Shown here: positions 9,249-19,316 of the stretch, piece by piece
Numbering within the stretch: the stretch's first letter is position 1
Layout: each line of letters begins with the position of its first letter
From: Candidatus Kaiserbacteria bacterium RIFCSPHIGHO2_01_FULL_53_29
GTDB lineage: Bacteria > Patescibacteriota > Minisyncoccia > Phycocordibacterales > UBA2100
Length of the DNA: 64,000 nt
Assembly: GCA_001781125.1 (NCBI GenBank)
Contig: MFKT01000029.1
Coordinates: 4,040-68,039 of the forward strand
Direction of reading: 5' to 3'
The notes under the pieces: model-generated
The model's database searches: none
The model's input: the letters and a program-made list of their open reading frames with translations, nothing else
Told to the model about the DNA's origin: nothing
Made by a program: the position numbers and the translations under genes

Positions 9249-12080
9249 TTACTCGAATTCAATCGTCGTATGTGTCGATTTCTGGATATGCTCCAAATAC
9301 TTCTCAACGATGACGCGTTCGTTCGGAGAAACTTTCGCCACGTACGTCCCCGTCTCGCCCGGCTTCATTCCTTTCTCCTTCCGGAACGCCTGGACCGCAC
9401 GAATGGTATCGCGCACAAACCCCTCTTCTTTCAATTCCGGTGTAATCGCAGTGTCGAGTGCAAACTGATTGCCTGCGACCACTTGTTTAACGTTCACTTC
9501 ACTGGCAATGACCATGAGGTACTCTTGACCGAGCATCGCACCACCGGGGATGGACAATGACGCAAGCGGCTGGCGCACCTTGATACCCGCCTTGTCGCGC
9601 GCTTCGAGCGCTTGGGTAACGATGAGGCGCGCAGCAAACATGCTCACGAGAGCGTTTTCCATATCAAATCCGAGCTTTGGCATCTCCGGCCACATCGCGA
9701 GATGCACGCTTTCCTCGTCTTCTTCTTCGCGTACGGCTTGGAATAAGTGTTCGGCAAAAAATGGCATCGCGGGAGCCATCACGCGCGAGAGCGTGTGAAG
9801 CACGTACCGCAGCGTGGCAAGTGCAGCCACTTTATCCTCGGTATTTTCCTTAAACCTGTCTCTGGACCTCCGTACGTACCATACGGATAAGTCGTCAACG
9901 AAAAGTGCGAGGGGCCGCACTGCCTTGTCGAGCTGGTATTTTTCATATCCCTCGGTCGTTTCCCCTATGAGTGCTGCGAGGCGCGCGAGTATCCATTGGT
10001 CGAGAATATTCTCACTCTTCCAGTCGCGCTGCGTCCCACCATCGTAAAGTTTCCAAAACGCGAGGACGTTGCCAAGTCGCCCGATATTCTTCTTTTGTAT
10101 TTCGTCAACACCATTCTCCGAGAAACTGAGATTCTCCGCTTGCATCACAGGAGATGAAAGGAGGTAAAGCCGGAGCGCATCGGCGCCATATTTGTCGACG
10201 ACCTCCATCGGATCGGGATAATTCTTCAGCTTTTTAGCCATTTTCTTGCCATCCTCGGCCAAGACGATGCCGTTCACAATGACGTTTTGGAACGCATTTT
10301 TATTGAAAAGCGCAGTGCTAAAAACATGGAGGTAGTAGAACCACGCGCGAGTCTGGTCCAGACCCTCGGCAATGAATTGTGCGGGAAATGCAGCATCAAA
10401 TTCTTGTTTGTGTTCAAAAGGATAATGTTTTTCACCATAGGGCATCGAGCCAGAATCGAACCATGTGTCCAATACGTCGGGGACGCGCCGCATTTCTCCG
10501 CCGCACTCGCAGGCAACAGTAATTTCATCAACGATGTGTTTGTGGAGGTCATTAACCTTTTTGCTACTCGCTGCCTCGAGGTCTGCGACACTACCGAATA
10601 CTTTTTCTTTTTTGCACGTCTCGCAGCGCCATACCGGAATGACGCTCGCCCAAAAACGCTGGCGCGAGATAGACCAGTCGCGCGCGCCCTCGAGCCATTT
10701 TCCGAAACGGCCCTCTTTTATGTGTTCGGGTGACCAGTTGACAGCTTCTGCATTCTTGAGTAAATCTTCTTTTATTTTCGTGACAGACACGAACCACGAT
10801 GTCGTCGCGTAGTTGAGAAGGGGCGTATCGCACCGCCAGCAGTGCGGATATGAGTGGACAATATTCTCTTTCGAGAAAAGTTTTCCGTGTTCCTGCAGGT
10901 ATTTCAATATCGCAATATCAGTTCCGAGCCGGATCTTGTCGTCATCAGAAAGAGGCTTTAGCTCCATTCCCGAAAAACCTTTTACTTCAGGCTTAAATGT
11001 GCCGTTCATGTTGACGTGTTGGATGAACGGAAGATTCTCTTTTTTGCCGAGCTGCATGTCATCTTCACCAAAGGCCGGGGTGATGTGAACGACCCCCGTT
11101 CCCGTATCGGTAGTTACAAAATCCGCCGCGTATACTTTCCATCCATTCTTGTGATTTTTCAGCGTTGCGTCGTCAGTGTAGTAATCAAAAAGCGGTTTGT
11201 ATTTTTTGCCAACAAGTTCGGCCCCTTTTTTCTCTTCAATAATTTCTGCGCCCGGCGCGACCGACGTTAGCCTATCTTTCGCGATCCAAAACATTCCGTC
11301 TGTTGTTCGTGCTTTTACGTACGAGATACTTGGTCCTACCGCAAGCGCGACATTGCCCGGTAGTGTCCACGCAGTTGTCGTCCATGCCAAGAAATATGTT
11401 CCCGGCTCATCAACGAGCTCGAACTTCGCGGTTACCGCAATATCTTTTACATTCTTGTACCCTTCGGCAACTTCCTGCTGACTAAGCGTTGTCTCGCAGC
11501 GCGGGCAGATGTGCATTGAGCGGTAATCCTCGTAGACGAGTCCTTTGTCATAGATCTCTTTGAATACCCACCACACACTCTCCATGAATGGTTTGTCCAT
11601 CGTGCGGTAGGCATGCTTCATATCCGCCCATCGTCCGATGCGTGGGATTATTTTTTCCCAGTCCGCTGCAAATGTGAGCACGCGCGCACGGCAAGTTTCG
11701 TTGAATTTATCAACGCCGTACGCGAGAATATCTTTTTTATGTTTAAAGCCGAGCTCTTTCTCGACGATGTTCTCTATCGGGAGCCCGTGGCAATCCCATC
11801 CCCACACGCGCGGCACACGGTAGCCGCGCATCGTCCAGTAGCGCGGCACAACGTCTTTGATGACCGAGGCGACGATGTGGCCGTAGTGCGGGAGCCCGGT
11901 CGCAAAAGGCGGACCGTCATAGAACACATAATCACCGTTGAGCGCCTCTTTCTCTACGGATTTTTTGAAAATATCCTTCTCGCGCCAAAAATCCAAAATT
12001 GCCTCCTCCCGCAGGGCTGTTTCTGACTTTGCCTCGCCAGAGCCTTGTGCGACGGCAGGTTTTTGCGGTTTTTCAGCCAT
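9249..12080 (-). CDS. ileS: isoleucyl-tRNA synthetase (type 2)
   Basis: PPFATGLPHYGH class I signature, KMAKK (KMSKS-like), editing domain; start at MAEKPQKP. Confidence 0.9.
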   Translation of the reverse strand: MAEKPQKPAVAQGSGEAKSETALREEAILDFWREKDIFKKSVEKEALNGDYVFYDGPPFATGLPHYGHIVASVIKDVVPRYWTMRGYRVPRVWGWDCHGLPIENIVEKELGFKHKKDILAYGVDKFNETCRARVLTFAADWEKIIPRIGRWADMKHAYRTMDKPFMESVWWVFKEIYDKGLVYEDYRSMHICPRCETTLSQQEVAEGYKNVKDIAVTAKFELVDEPGTYFLAWTTTAWTLPGNVALAVGPSISYVKARTTDGMFWIAKDRLTSVAPGAEIIEEKKGAELVGKKYKPLFDYYTDDATLKNHKNGWKVYAADFVTTDTGTGVVHITPAFGEDDMQLGKKENLPFIQHVNMNGTFKPEVKGFSGMELKPLSDDDKIRLGTDIAILKYLQEHGKLFSKENIVHSYPHCWRCDTPLLNYATTSWFVSVTKIKEDLLKNAEAVNWSPEHIKEGRFGKWLEGARDWSISRQRFWASVIPVWRCETCKKEKVFGSVADLEAASSKKVNDLHKHIVDEITVACECGGEMRRVPDVLDTWFDSGSMPYGEKHYPFEHKQEFDAAFPAQFIAEGLDQTRAWFYYLHVFSTALFNKNAFQNVIVNGIVLAEDGKKMAKKLKNYPDPMEVVDKYGADALRLYLLSSPVMQAENLSFSENGVDEIQKKNIGRLGNVLAFWKLYDGGTQRDWKSENILDQWILARLAALIGETTEGYEKYQLDKAVRPLALFVDDLSVWYVRRSRDRFKENTEDKVAALATLRYVLHTLSRVMAPAMPFFAEHLFQAVREEEDEESVHLAMWPEMPKLGFDMENALVSMFAARLIVTQALEARDKAGIKVRQPLASLSIPGGAMLGQEYLMVIASEVNVKQVVAGNQFALDTAITPELKEEGFVRDTIRAVQAFRKEKGMKPGETGTYVAKVSPNERVIVEKYLEHIQKSTHTTIEFE

Positions 12081-12165
12081 ATTCTGTCCATCGTAACAAA
12101 CGAAAAGGTCTACAGCGAGCCCCACACCAAAGTCTTTTGGTGTGGGGCGAGGCCGAGCCCCGTTT

Positions 12166-13770
12166 TTACCTCTTCGGCTTCCAGTAACTCGGAATGAGGC
12201 CGAGATGCCCGAGGCGGGCGCGGATGGCGCCGGGTTTGCGGCCGAAATGTTTTGCTACTTCAGCGTTGGGTTTTTTCTCATTGAACATCACGGTCAAGAG
12301 CGCATCATCCTCTTTGCTCCATGATCTGCCGACATTGGGATACTTTTCGCGCAACCCATCCAACGTAACCTTACTTGTGATGGGGACCTGCCCCGTAGTG
12401 AGCTTCGCTCTACTACTGGGGTCTTTTGCTCCAATGGCGCGCAGAAAATTCTTTTCAAGTTTCTGTTTCTCGCTCTCGGGCAAGACGGCAAATTTTCTTC
12501 GCACCGCATCCGAGTATCCCCGGAAATGCCGGTCGGCTGCAGCGACCTTGGGATGCAGCTCGAGGGCACGCTCGTTGAATCCTTCGAGAAATAATCCCGC
12601 GAGTGTACGCACGCGCGAAATGGCGACGTACCCTTGACCAAACTCGAACGCTTGCGAGAGATCGATAATCGCCGCATCGAGCGACATACCCTGGCTTTTG
12701 TGCACGGTAATTGCCCACGCGAGCCGCAAGGGCACCTGCGTTATCTTCGCAAGAATTCTATTCCCGTCTTGTATCGCCCATTCGGCTGGTTCCGCGGTGA
12801 TCGTCGCACCAGAGCGCGTTTGCACGACGGGTGCACCGAGCACGGAAAACCCGGTCAAAGTCCCCAGCGTGCCGTTAACGTATCCGGCATCGAAGTTATT
12901 GCGGGTGAACATGACCGATGCGCCCTCCTTGAGCTCGAGGGTCTCCGGCGAAAGACATTGCGCTTTGAGCGACTCGACGAGCGCTCGCGCGCCACGCGAG
13001 GACATCTCGAAGACGCGACTCTTTCCTTCGATTTGCCCGAGCGACTCCATATTGATGCGGTCCACATTTTCATTGTGCGTGTAGAGCCGGGTGGCGACTG
13101 TCTGCTTGGAGAGGATGCCGATGCGCGAAGAGAGGCGCGTGCGATGCGCGCTCGTAAACGCTCCGCGGCGCATCGCGGAGAGCAGATCAAGAAAGTCGCC
13201 GTCTTCCTGACGGTGTTGCTCGGAGAGATAACAAATCACCGGATTCGCTTCCTTCCATGCAGGAGATTCGAATGCGAATTTCGCCTGCTCGTTCCGACCG
13301 CCTTCGCCAAGGCTTCGGCGTGTCACAGGCGGGAGCTGGAAGAAATCGCCGACGAAAATAACTTGCAAACCACCAAACGGCTGCTCCGGCATCAGGGGCT
13401 GACGGCGCAGCGTGCGCAATACCCTATCGACACCTGCGAGGGTCGCGGCATCGAGCATTGATATCTCGTCGATGATAAGAACCTTCGTGTAGACGATACG
13501 TTTGGCGGTTTTCTCGCGGCTCTGGATCATTTCGATATCGTAGTCATTGACCTCGCGCTTAATGCCGATACCACTCCACGAATGGATGGTCATGCCGTTG
13601 ATGTGTGTAGCGGCAATACCCGTCGACGCGGTGACGGCGGGCTCGATACCACGCTCGCGGAGCCACTCGACATATCGATTGATGGTGTGTGTCTTCCCGC
13701 TCCCCGGCTCGCCAGTGAGGAAAACATTGAGTCCTGTTTTCAATATCGCGAGCGCTTCATCTTGCGTCAT
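12166..13770 (-). CDS. PIF1/RecD-like ATP-dependent DNA helicase with C-terminal HTH-like extension
   Basis: Walker A GEPGSGKT, DEISM Walker B, SF1 helicase motifs; ORF 12166..13836 trimmed to MTQDEAL. Confidence 0.75.
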   Translation of the reverse strand: MTQDEALAILKTGLNVFLTGEPGSGKTHTINRYVEWLRERGIEPAVTASTGIAATHINGMTIHSWSGIGIKREVNDYDIEMIQSREKTAKRIVYTKVLIIDEISMLDAATLAGVDRVLRTLRRQPLMPEQPFGGLQVIFVGDFFQLPPVTRRSLGEGGRNEQAKFAFESPAWKEANPVICYLSEQHRQEDGDFLDLLSAMRRGAFTSAHRTRLSSRIGILSKQTVATRLYTHNENVDRINMESLGQIEGKSRVFEMSSRGARALVESLKAQCLSPETLELKEGASVMFTRNNFDAGYVNGTLGTLTGFSVLGAPVVQTRSGATITAEPAEWAIQDGNRILAKITQVPLRLAWAITVHKSQGMSLDAAIIDLSQAFEFGQGYVAISRVRTLAGLFLEGFNERALELHPKVAAADRHFRGYSDAVRRKFAVLPESEKQKLEKNFLRAIGAKDPSSRAKLTTGQVPITSKVTLDGLREKYPNVGRSWSKEDDALLTVMFNEKKPNAEVAKHFGRKPGAIRARLGHLGLIPSYWKPKR

Positions 13771-13829
13771 CGCGAAAGTGTACCACTGCCGCGTAGAGCA
13801 TTTTGGAAATGCTCTGCGTGATTCTCCTG

Positions 13830-13920
13830 ATTCCATTGGATGGAATGATAATCTACGTCGAATCCTTTGGAAGGATTCGACGTGATTTCCTAAATCCCAT
13901 TGGATGGGATTTAGGAAATC
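13830..13920. repeat. array of three perfect hairpins sharing a TGG loop (stems 7, 8 and 17 bp)
   Basis: ATTCCAT-tgg-ATGGAAT (13830..13846); GAATCCTT-tgg-AAGGATTC (13860..13878); GATTTCCTAAATCCCAT-tgg-ATGGGATTTAGGAAATC (13884..13920), directly 3' of argS. Confidence 0.6.
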
Positions 13921-15577
13921 ACATTCGCTCTGGAGCCGGAATGCCCAAAATCCAGAGACCGTTTTTCAATGTTTTTCGCACCGCATCCACGAGCGCGACT
14001 CTGTGGGCTGCTTCGGGAGTACCATCGAGAATATGTACCTGCGCGTACCAGCTGTTGAACGCGCTCGCGAATTCAAGAAGGTAGTTCGTTAGCAGATGCG
14101 GTTCGTTGTGTGATGATGCATATTCGACCGCTTCCGGGAAGCGGTGCAAAAACCGAGTAAGATCATCCGAGGCTCTATTGCTACCTACCTTAGAGGCGAC
14201 GCCTCTAAGGTTAGCTTGCTCGACGACCGCGCAGGCACGGGCGTGCGCATACTGCAGGTACGGACCAGAATCACCTTCGAGCGAGAGCGCGCGGTCGCGA
14301 TCAAAAATGATGTCTTTCCCCGATGCTTGCTTTAATATCTGATATTTGATCGCCGCTACCGCAACCTGCTGCGCGAGTACCTCGTGATCCTCCGCCCTGC
14401 TTTCCGCCCCCCGAACCTTCGCCGCTTCGGTAAGATCTACGAGCAATGATTCTCCTGTAATAACATTGCCGGTGCGCGAAGACATCTTGCCTTCAGCAAA
14501 ACGCATCATCCCGTGAGAAACATGCTGGATTTTAGGGGCAATATCCGGCAACACATCTTCCATCGCAGCTTTAACGACAGCAAAATAATCAGCCTGCTCG
14601 TGCGCAGTCACGGTAATTGAAGTATCGAAGCCCCAAGTTTCCGCTTTCAACTCGGCAAGCCCAAGATCTTTTGCCTCGTACGTCGGCAGTCCCTTTGATG
14701 TAACGAACACGCGTGTGTGCAACTCCTTCTTCTCACCCTTGTACACAATCGCCCCGTCGCTTTTTTCAAACACTCCCGGATTCTTCTCAACGAGCTTCAG
14801 GCCGCGCGGAGCCGTCTCGCTCTCAAAAAAGTAATGATCGAATTTTGTACCCAACATTTTGTACAACTCCTCAAAATGATCGAGCGATGCTTTCCGGCCT
14901 GCTGCGTAGACGGCATTTATTTCCGCGTCAGACTTGTCGTAGACTTTTGTGTTTATGGCATCTACCTCTGCTTTGGCAGCAATATCGTTTTCATATGCCT
15001 GTGCTCCCGTCGCATAAGCTTTTCCAAGCTGCGCGGCATCATTCGGGTCAACGCCAAGCTTCATTACGCCCCAAATCGCTTTTGCCACATGCGGCCCGAT
15101 GTCACCCTGATAATTCGCACGCCTCACTTCCGCGCCGGAGAATTGCAAAAGCCGCGAGATGGATTCTCCTATCGCATTGCTCATCAAATGGCCGATGTGG
15201 AATTCCTTGAATGGGTTGGGGTCGGTGTACTCAACCATTATTTTCTTCCTCGCGAGATTTTTGTTAGCCCCCCACATATCCTCCGTACGCGCTTCCTCTA
15301 CCGCCTCGGCGAGCGCAGCGGATGCGAGATAAAAATTGATGAAGCCCGGCCCAGCGATCTCAATTTTCGCAATACCTTTAATGTCTCCAAGTGCGGCAAC
15401 GATTTTCTCCGCAAGCATTTTGGGCGCAACACCCGCTTGCTTCGTATACTGCAGTGCAACGCCGGAAGAATAATCTCCATTTTTCAACTCTGCCGGATGT
15501 TCGAGAGAAACATTTACACCATAAACACTCGCCCTCGCGAGTGCTTCCGAAATAGCCTTTTTTAGAGTCTCTGGCAT
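13919..15577 (-). CDS. argS: arginyl-tRNA synthetase
   Basis: class I HIGH (FKEFHIGH), C-terminal DALR anticodon-binding domain ending ...RM. Confidence 0.9.
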   Translation of the reverse strand: MPETLKKAISEALARASVYGVNVSLEHPAELKNGDYSSGVALQYTKQAGVAPKMLAEKIVAALGDIKGIAKIEIAGPGFINFYLASAALAEAVEEARTEDMWGANKNLARKKIMVEYTDPNPFKEFHIGHLMSNAIGESISRLLQFSGAEVRRANYQGDIGPHVAKAIWGVMKLGVDPNDAAQLGKAYATGAQAYENDIAAKAEVDAINTKVYDKSDAEINAVYAAGRKASLDHFEELYKMLGTKFDHYFFESETAPRGLKLVEKNPGVFEKSDGAIVYKGEKKELHTRVFVTSKGLPTYEAKDLGLAELKAETWGFDTSITVTAHEQADYFAVVKAAMEDVLPDIAPKIQHVSHGMMRFAEGKMSSRTGNVITGESLLVDLTEAAKVRGAESRAEDHEVLAQQVAVAAIKYQILKQASGKDIIFDRDRALSLEGDSGPYLQYAHARACAVVEQANLRGVASKVGSNRASDDLTRFLHRFPEAVEYASSHNEPHLLTNYLLEFASAFNSWYAQVHILDGTPEAAHRVALVDAVRKTLKNGLWILGIPAPERM

Positions 15578-15605
15578 GGACGCATTGTACCAAGCGCCCA
15601 GAAGG

Positions 15606-16028
15606 TTAGAGATCTGAATCAATCCCCATCGAGCGGGCGGTGCCGGCGATTATCTTTCGCGCTTGCTCTATATCATTGGCATTCAGGTCTTCCATCTTTT
15701 CGGTCGCGATGTCGGTGAGCTGCTGCTTGGAAAGCTTGCCGACTTTGTCTTGCGCCTTGTGCGAACCCTTTTCCATATTCATGGATTTGAGGATGAGGCG
15801 CGAAGCTGGCGGCTTCTTGACGATGAATGAGAACGTGCGGTCTTTGTAGACAGTGAGCACGACCGGCACGACGTTGCCTGCCATCGCCTTGGTCTGCGTG
15901 TTGAATTGGTTGACGAATTCGCCGATATTCACGCCGGCCGGGCCCAGCGCGGTACCTACCGGCGGCGCAGGTGTGGCCTTACCGGCCTCTATCTGGAGCT
16001 TTATCATTTTTGTGATTTCTTTTGCCAT
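15606..16028 (-). CDS. rplK: 50S ribosomal protein L11
   Basis: near-identical to L11 consensus ([22 protein letters not shown]). Confidence 0.95.
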   Translation of the reverse strand: MAKEITKMIKLQIEAGKATPAPPVGTALGPAGVNIGEFVNQFNTQTKAMAGNVVPVVLTVYKDRTFSFIVKKPPASRLILKSMNMEKGSHKAQDKVGKLSKQQLTDIATEKMEDLNANDIEQARKIIAGTARSMGIDSDL

Positions 16029-16068
16029 ACGTGAAATAGGTTTCAGGTTCTGGGTGTCAGGTTACAGG

Positions 16069-16611
16069 TTAAACTCTTTGGACTTGATCGGCTTCGAGCT
16101 CTACCGGAGTCTCGCGGCCGAACATCGGAACTAAGACTTTAACCTTTCCGCGCTCTTCGTCAATCTCCCCGACTTTTCCTTCAAGATCCTTGAAGGGGCC
16201 ATCGATGATGATGACTGCATCGCCCTCGGAGAGATCTATTGCGTGGCGCACGGTGTCGCCGCCCGCACGCTTCAAGATCTTCTCCACCTCGTCGGGCTCG
16301 AGCGGTACTGCTTGATTGGCGGTGCCCACGAATCCGGTGACCTGCGGCGTGTTGCGCACAACGCTCCACGCGTCGTCCGAGGCTATCATGTCCACCAAGA
16401 CGTAGCCGGGGAACGTCTTTTCGCGCATCTCGGTCTTGCGGCCGTTCTTTATTTTTATCTTATTTTCCGTCGGCACCACGACATTGAATATCTTCTCTTT
16501 CATGCCGAACGACTCCACGCGCTGCTTCAGATTGCGCGCCACGGCATCTTCGTAGCCGGAATAGGTGTGTATCGCATACCACTGCCGCTCTTCGCCGTGT
16601 GTTTGTTTCAT
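16069..16611 (-). CDS. nusG: transcription termination/antitermination factor NusG
   Basis: NGN domain (WYAIHTYSGYE) plus KOW motif (GDAVIIIDGPFKDLEGKV). Confidence 0.9.
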   Translation of the reverse strand: MKQTHGEERQWYAIHTYSGYEDAVARNLKQRVESFGMKEKIFNVVVPTENKIKIKNGRKTEMREKTFPGYVLVDMIASDDAWSVVRNTPQVTGFVGTANQAVPLEPDEVEKILKRAGGDTVRHAIDLSEGDAVIIIDGPFKDLEGKVGEIDEERGKVKVLVPMFGRETPVELEADQVQRV

Positions 16612-16612
16612 A

Positions 16613-16909
16613 TTAGATCTTGAACTGTGGGCTGTTGTCTGTCGGAAGTGTCGACGTGGCTTCTATCACCGGCATGGTACCTGTTGCAATCCCCGGTATT
16701 TCAACAAGAGGAGCTTGGAACGCCGGAAAAACTTGTAGAAAGCGTGAGAGACCAGTCGTGAAAAGGTAATCAAAAAGTCCGAGATAAAGTGAAACTGCAA
16801 TAGAAATGAGGGCGACAAGCACCGTGTACACGATGGTCTGCAGGCGCGTGGGCCATGCGACGTGCCGCAGCTCGCCTCGTGTGTCTTTGAGATATAGGAA
16901 GAAGCTCAT
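16613..16909 (-). CDS. secE: preprotein translocase subunit SecE (with C-terminal extension)
   Basis: N-terminal ELRHVAWPTRLQ + TM helix; conserved secE-nusG-rplK order. Confidence 0.7.
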   Translation of the reverse strand: MSFFLYLKDTRGELRHVAWPTRLQTIVYTVLVALISIAVSLYLGLFDYLFTTGLSRFLQVFPAFQAPLVEIPGIATGTMPVIEATSTLPTDNSPQFKI

Positions 16910-16934
16910 AGTTTAGTCCTAATCAAAAACCCCT

Positions 16935-17011
16935 TGCGGGGCTTTATCGCTGTGCATGATAGCTGAATGGAAACGGAAGTCAAGCGCCGCCCCTTCGGGG
17001 CGGCGCTTGTT
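16935..17011 (-). terminator. two GC-rich hairpins between the SIMPL gene and the secE operon
   Basis: CCCCTTGCGGGG and GCGCCGCCCC-ttc-GGGGCGGCGC (10 bp stem) followed by T-rich run on minus strand. Confidence 0.5.
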
Positions 17012-17016
17012 GATTG

Positions 17017-17826
17017 CTACCGTATCTCGTACGTTACCGATACATTCGATGTGATCTTGTTCTGACCGACAGGAATTTCGGGAGATGGTGCGGATGCGGA
17101 ATCTGCCATGCCGGCACTCATCGCTTTGGCATAGTAGATCGGCTCACCGCCTCCGCCCTCGCTGAATCCGACGACACGCACGAGCGAGACGCCAAGCTGA
17201 CCAGCCAGAGCCTCGGCTTTGGCGCGCGCATCATCTATCGCCTTGCCGCGTGCCTGCGCTTCGAGCCCCTTCTGGTCATCGATCGTAAATGAAAGTCCCG
17301 AGACCGATGTCGCGCCCTTTGAGCCGACGCCCGCGAGTAGATCGCCTGCTTTTTTCGTATCGCGCACTTTCACGGTCAATGTTTGCGAGACCTGAAAACC
17401 GCGTAGTGTTTGTTTGCCGGGTGGGCAATAACCCTGTGTGCAGACCGTGTTGGTGTAGTCGTATTGCGGGTAGACATTGTAATCGGTGGTCTGAATATCT
17501 TTCTCATCAATGCCCTGCGATTTGAGATAGGCGATGATGTCATTGCCTTTCTTCGTCGCCACATCCTGCGCAGCTTTCACATCTTTCGCTTCTTCCTGAA
17601 TAGTCACCGAAAAAGTGGCCGTATCAGGGACCGCAAAGACCTCGCCGTCGCCGGAAACGCTGATCGTATTGGTCGCGGTAACACCTGAGCCGATAAAGCG
17701 GTATTCCTTCAGAGCAGAGATAGTAAGGATAAAGAGAAAAACCCCGAGCATACTAAGCGCGAACATCCCCGCGATCTGCATCCTCTGCGGCGGCACGATG
17801 TGGATCTCTTTCTTTTCAATATCCAT
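17017..17826 (-). CDS. SIMPL/DUF541 domain secreted protein
   Basis: N-terminal TM/signal anchor; DUF541-like pattern (GFQVSQTLTVKVRD...LAGQLGVSLVRVV). Confidence 0.65.
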   Translation of the reverse strand: MDIEKKEIHIVPPQRMQIAGMFALSMLGVFLFILTISALKEYRFIGSGVTATNTISVSGDGEVFAVPDTATFSVTIQEEAKDVKAAQDVATKKGNDIIAYLKSQGIDEKDIQTTDYNVYPQYDYTNTVCTQGYCPPGKQTLRGFQVSQTLTVKVRDTKKAGDLLAGVGSKGATSVSGLSFTIDDQKGLEAQARGKAIDDARAKAEALAGQLGVSLVRVVGFSEGGGGEPIYYAKAMSAGMADSASAPSPEIPVGQNKITSNVSVTYEIR

Positions 17827-17891
17827 GGCAAATAGTTAGTAGTTAGTAGTAATTAGTTAGTAGACCAGTAGACGGATTGTACTATGAAAAC

Positions 17892-18107
17892 TTACTGAAG
17901 CAGGTCGCCTACCTCACTGTATGTGGAGAGGAACGACGGAATGGCAAAGAGGAAGCCGACGAGCGGCAGCACGAAGGCGACCACGGAGACGATGACTACC
18001 GCAAGGAAATACTTCCGTGTCTTCTCGGCAGAAGTGTACACTTCGGCGATCTTCGCCTCGAGAGCATCCAGCTTCTGCCGTAATTCCGCATCTTCCATGC
18101 ACTTCAC
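17892..18107 (-). CDS. small membrane protein (71 aa), hypothetical
   Basis: coiled N-terminus followed by one TM helix; no homology recognised. Confidence 0.3.
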   Translation of the reverse strand: MKCMEDAELRQKLDALEAKIAEVYTSAEKTRKYFLAVVIVSVVAFVLPLVGFLFAIPSFLSTYSEVGDLLQ

Positions 18108-18122
18108 AGTACCATGTTCTTG

Positions 18123-18818
18123 CTATTCATCAGCCAGGAACATCGCGCGGTCTTTCGGGAAGAGCCATTCGGCAACGTGAAAGATGCCGTAGGTGATGAA
18201 AAATGCGGACAAGACGTCGATCGAATAGTGCACGTGCCCCAAAAGAACGATGGTCGCAAAAAATGCGGAACCGAGAAGATACAGATTGCGTATGCCCTTT
18301 TCCTTCCAGAACGCGAGCGCGCCCAAAAATGGCATGCCGGTGTGTGCGGAGAAGAAAAGATCTCCCCCGAAGAACATGCTGTTGATGGTCGGTCCGAAAT
18401 CGCTCATGTATGAAGCTTCGAACGGTGCGATATGCGTAAGCGACGCAAAAATAGAGCGAATAATCCAAAATAAGGCGACTGCCTTGAACGCAAAGGGGAT
18501 GCGCTTTGGATGCAAAAGTACTGTCGTAAACGAAAGCAGCGCAAATACGAATGTGCCGTATACAAACAGCGCATCGACTTCGAAAACCGGGATATTGGAG
18601 AGTACGATATCCGTCACCGAATTACTTGCGCGCTCCGTTGCGAATTGGATAGCAAAATAATTCACGGACCAGCCGATGATCAAGAGAGCCGATGCCATTA
18701 CGATCGAAAGACGAAATTCGCGCTGTGCGGCATAGTGCCGATAGCGGCGCCAGAGCTCACGGTGGGGCCGAGGATGACGGTGAAGCGGGGTCGGGGTGGG
18801 CTGGCTCATTACAGCCAT
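18123..18818 (-). CDS. PAP2 superfamily membrane protein (sphingomyelin-synthase-like PAP2_C motifs)
   Basis: GGDLFFSAHTG and HYSIDVLSAFF match PAP2 C2/C3 motifs; ORF 18123..18911 trimmed at internal Met to avoid divergent overlap. Confidence 0.5.
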   Translation of the reverse strand: MAVMSQPTPTPLHRHPRPHRELWRRYRHYAAQREFRLSIVMASALLIIGWSVNYFAIQFATERASNSVTDIVLSNIPVFEVDALFVYGTFVFALLSFTTVLLHPKRIPFAFKAVALFWIIRSIFASLTHIAPFEASYMSDFGPTINSMFFGGDLFFSAHTGMPFLGALAFWKEKGIRNLYLLGSAFFATIVLLGHVHYSIDVLSAFFITYGIFHVAEWLFPKDRAMFLADE

Positions 18819-18853
18819 ACTACTACGTACGGGGCCCGTGATAAACTTCTCCC

Positions 18854-19309
18854 ATGACAGACCCGACGACTCTCCAGACGCTTCTCGTTTTTGTACTTGT
18901 CTGGGGAGCATTCATCGCATCGGGGTTCTGGGAGTCGTACGTCGAGGGAAGGAATGCGTGGGATAAGGCCAAGCTCGGCTGGAAGCTTCGTGTCGGTTCA
19001 TACGTTCTCTCGGGATACCATTTTTATCTTTTTTTCATCATGTACCCTGCTCTCCTTGCACTGCCGTTCGTTTTTACCGGCTGGAACTACAAGCTCTTCG
19101 GCATTATTGTGAGCGCATACGCTTCCGGCGTCATCCTCGAGGACTTCGTCTGGTACCTCGCAAATCCGGTTGTGCGCTTTCGAGAATGGTTCACGCCTTT
19201 CTCTGATTACTACCCCTGGATCAAGATCGGCGGCCGCAAGATGATTCCGCTCGGATACGTCGTCTACCTCGGCATCGCAGTCCTCTCGTGGTATTTCATC
19301 TGGAGGTAA
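18854..19309 (+). CDS. hypothetical membrane protein
   Basis: 4 TM helices, aromatic-rich; no family recognised. Confidence 0.45.
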   Translation: MTDPTTLQTLLVFVLVWGAFIASGFWESYVEGRNAWDKAKLGWKLRVGSYVLSGYHFYLFFIMYPALLALPFVFTGWNYKLFGIIVSAYASGVILEDFVWYLANPVVRFREWFTPFSDYYPWIKIGGRKMIPLGYVVYLGIAVLSWYFIWR

Positions 19310-19316
19310 AGATCAT

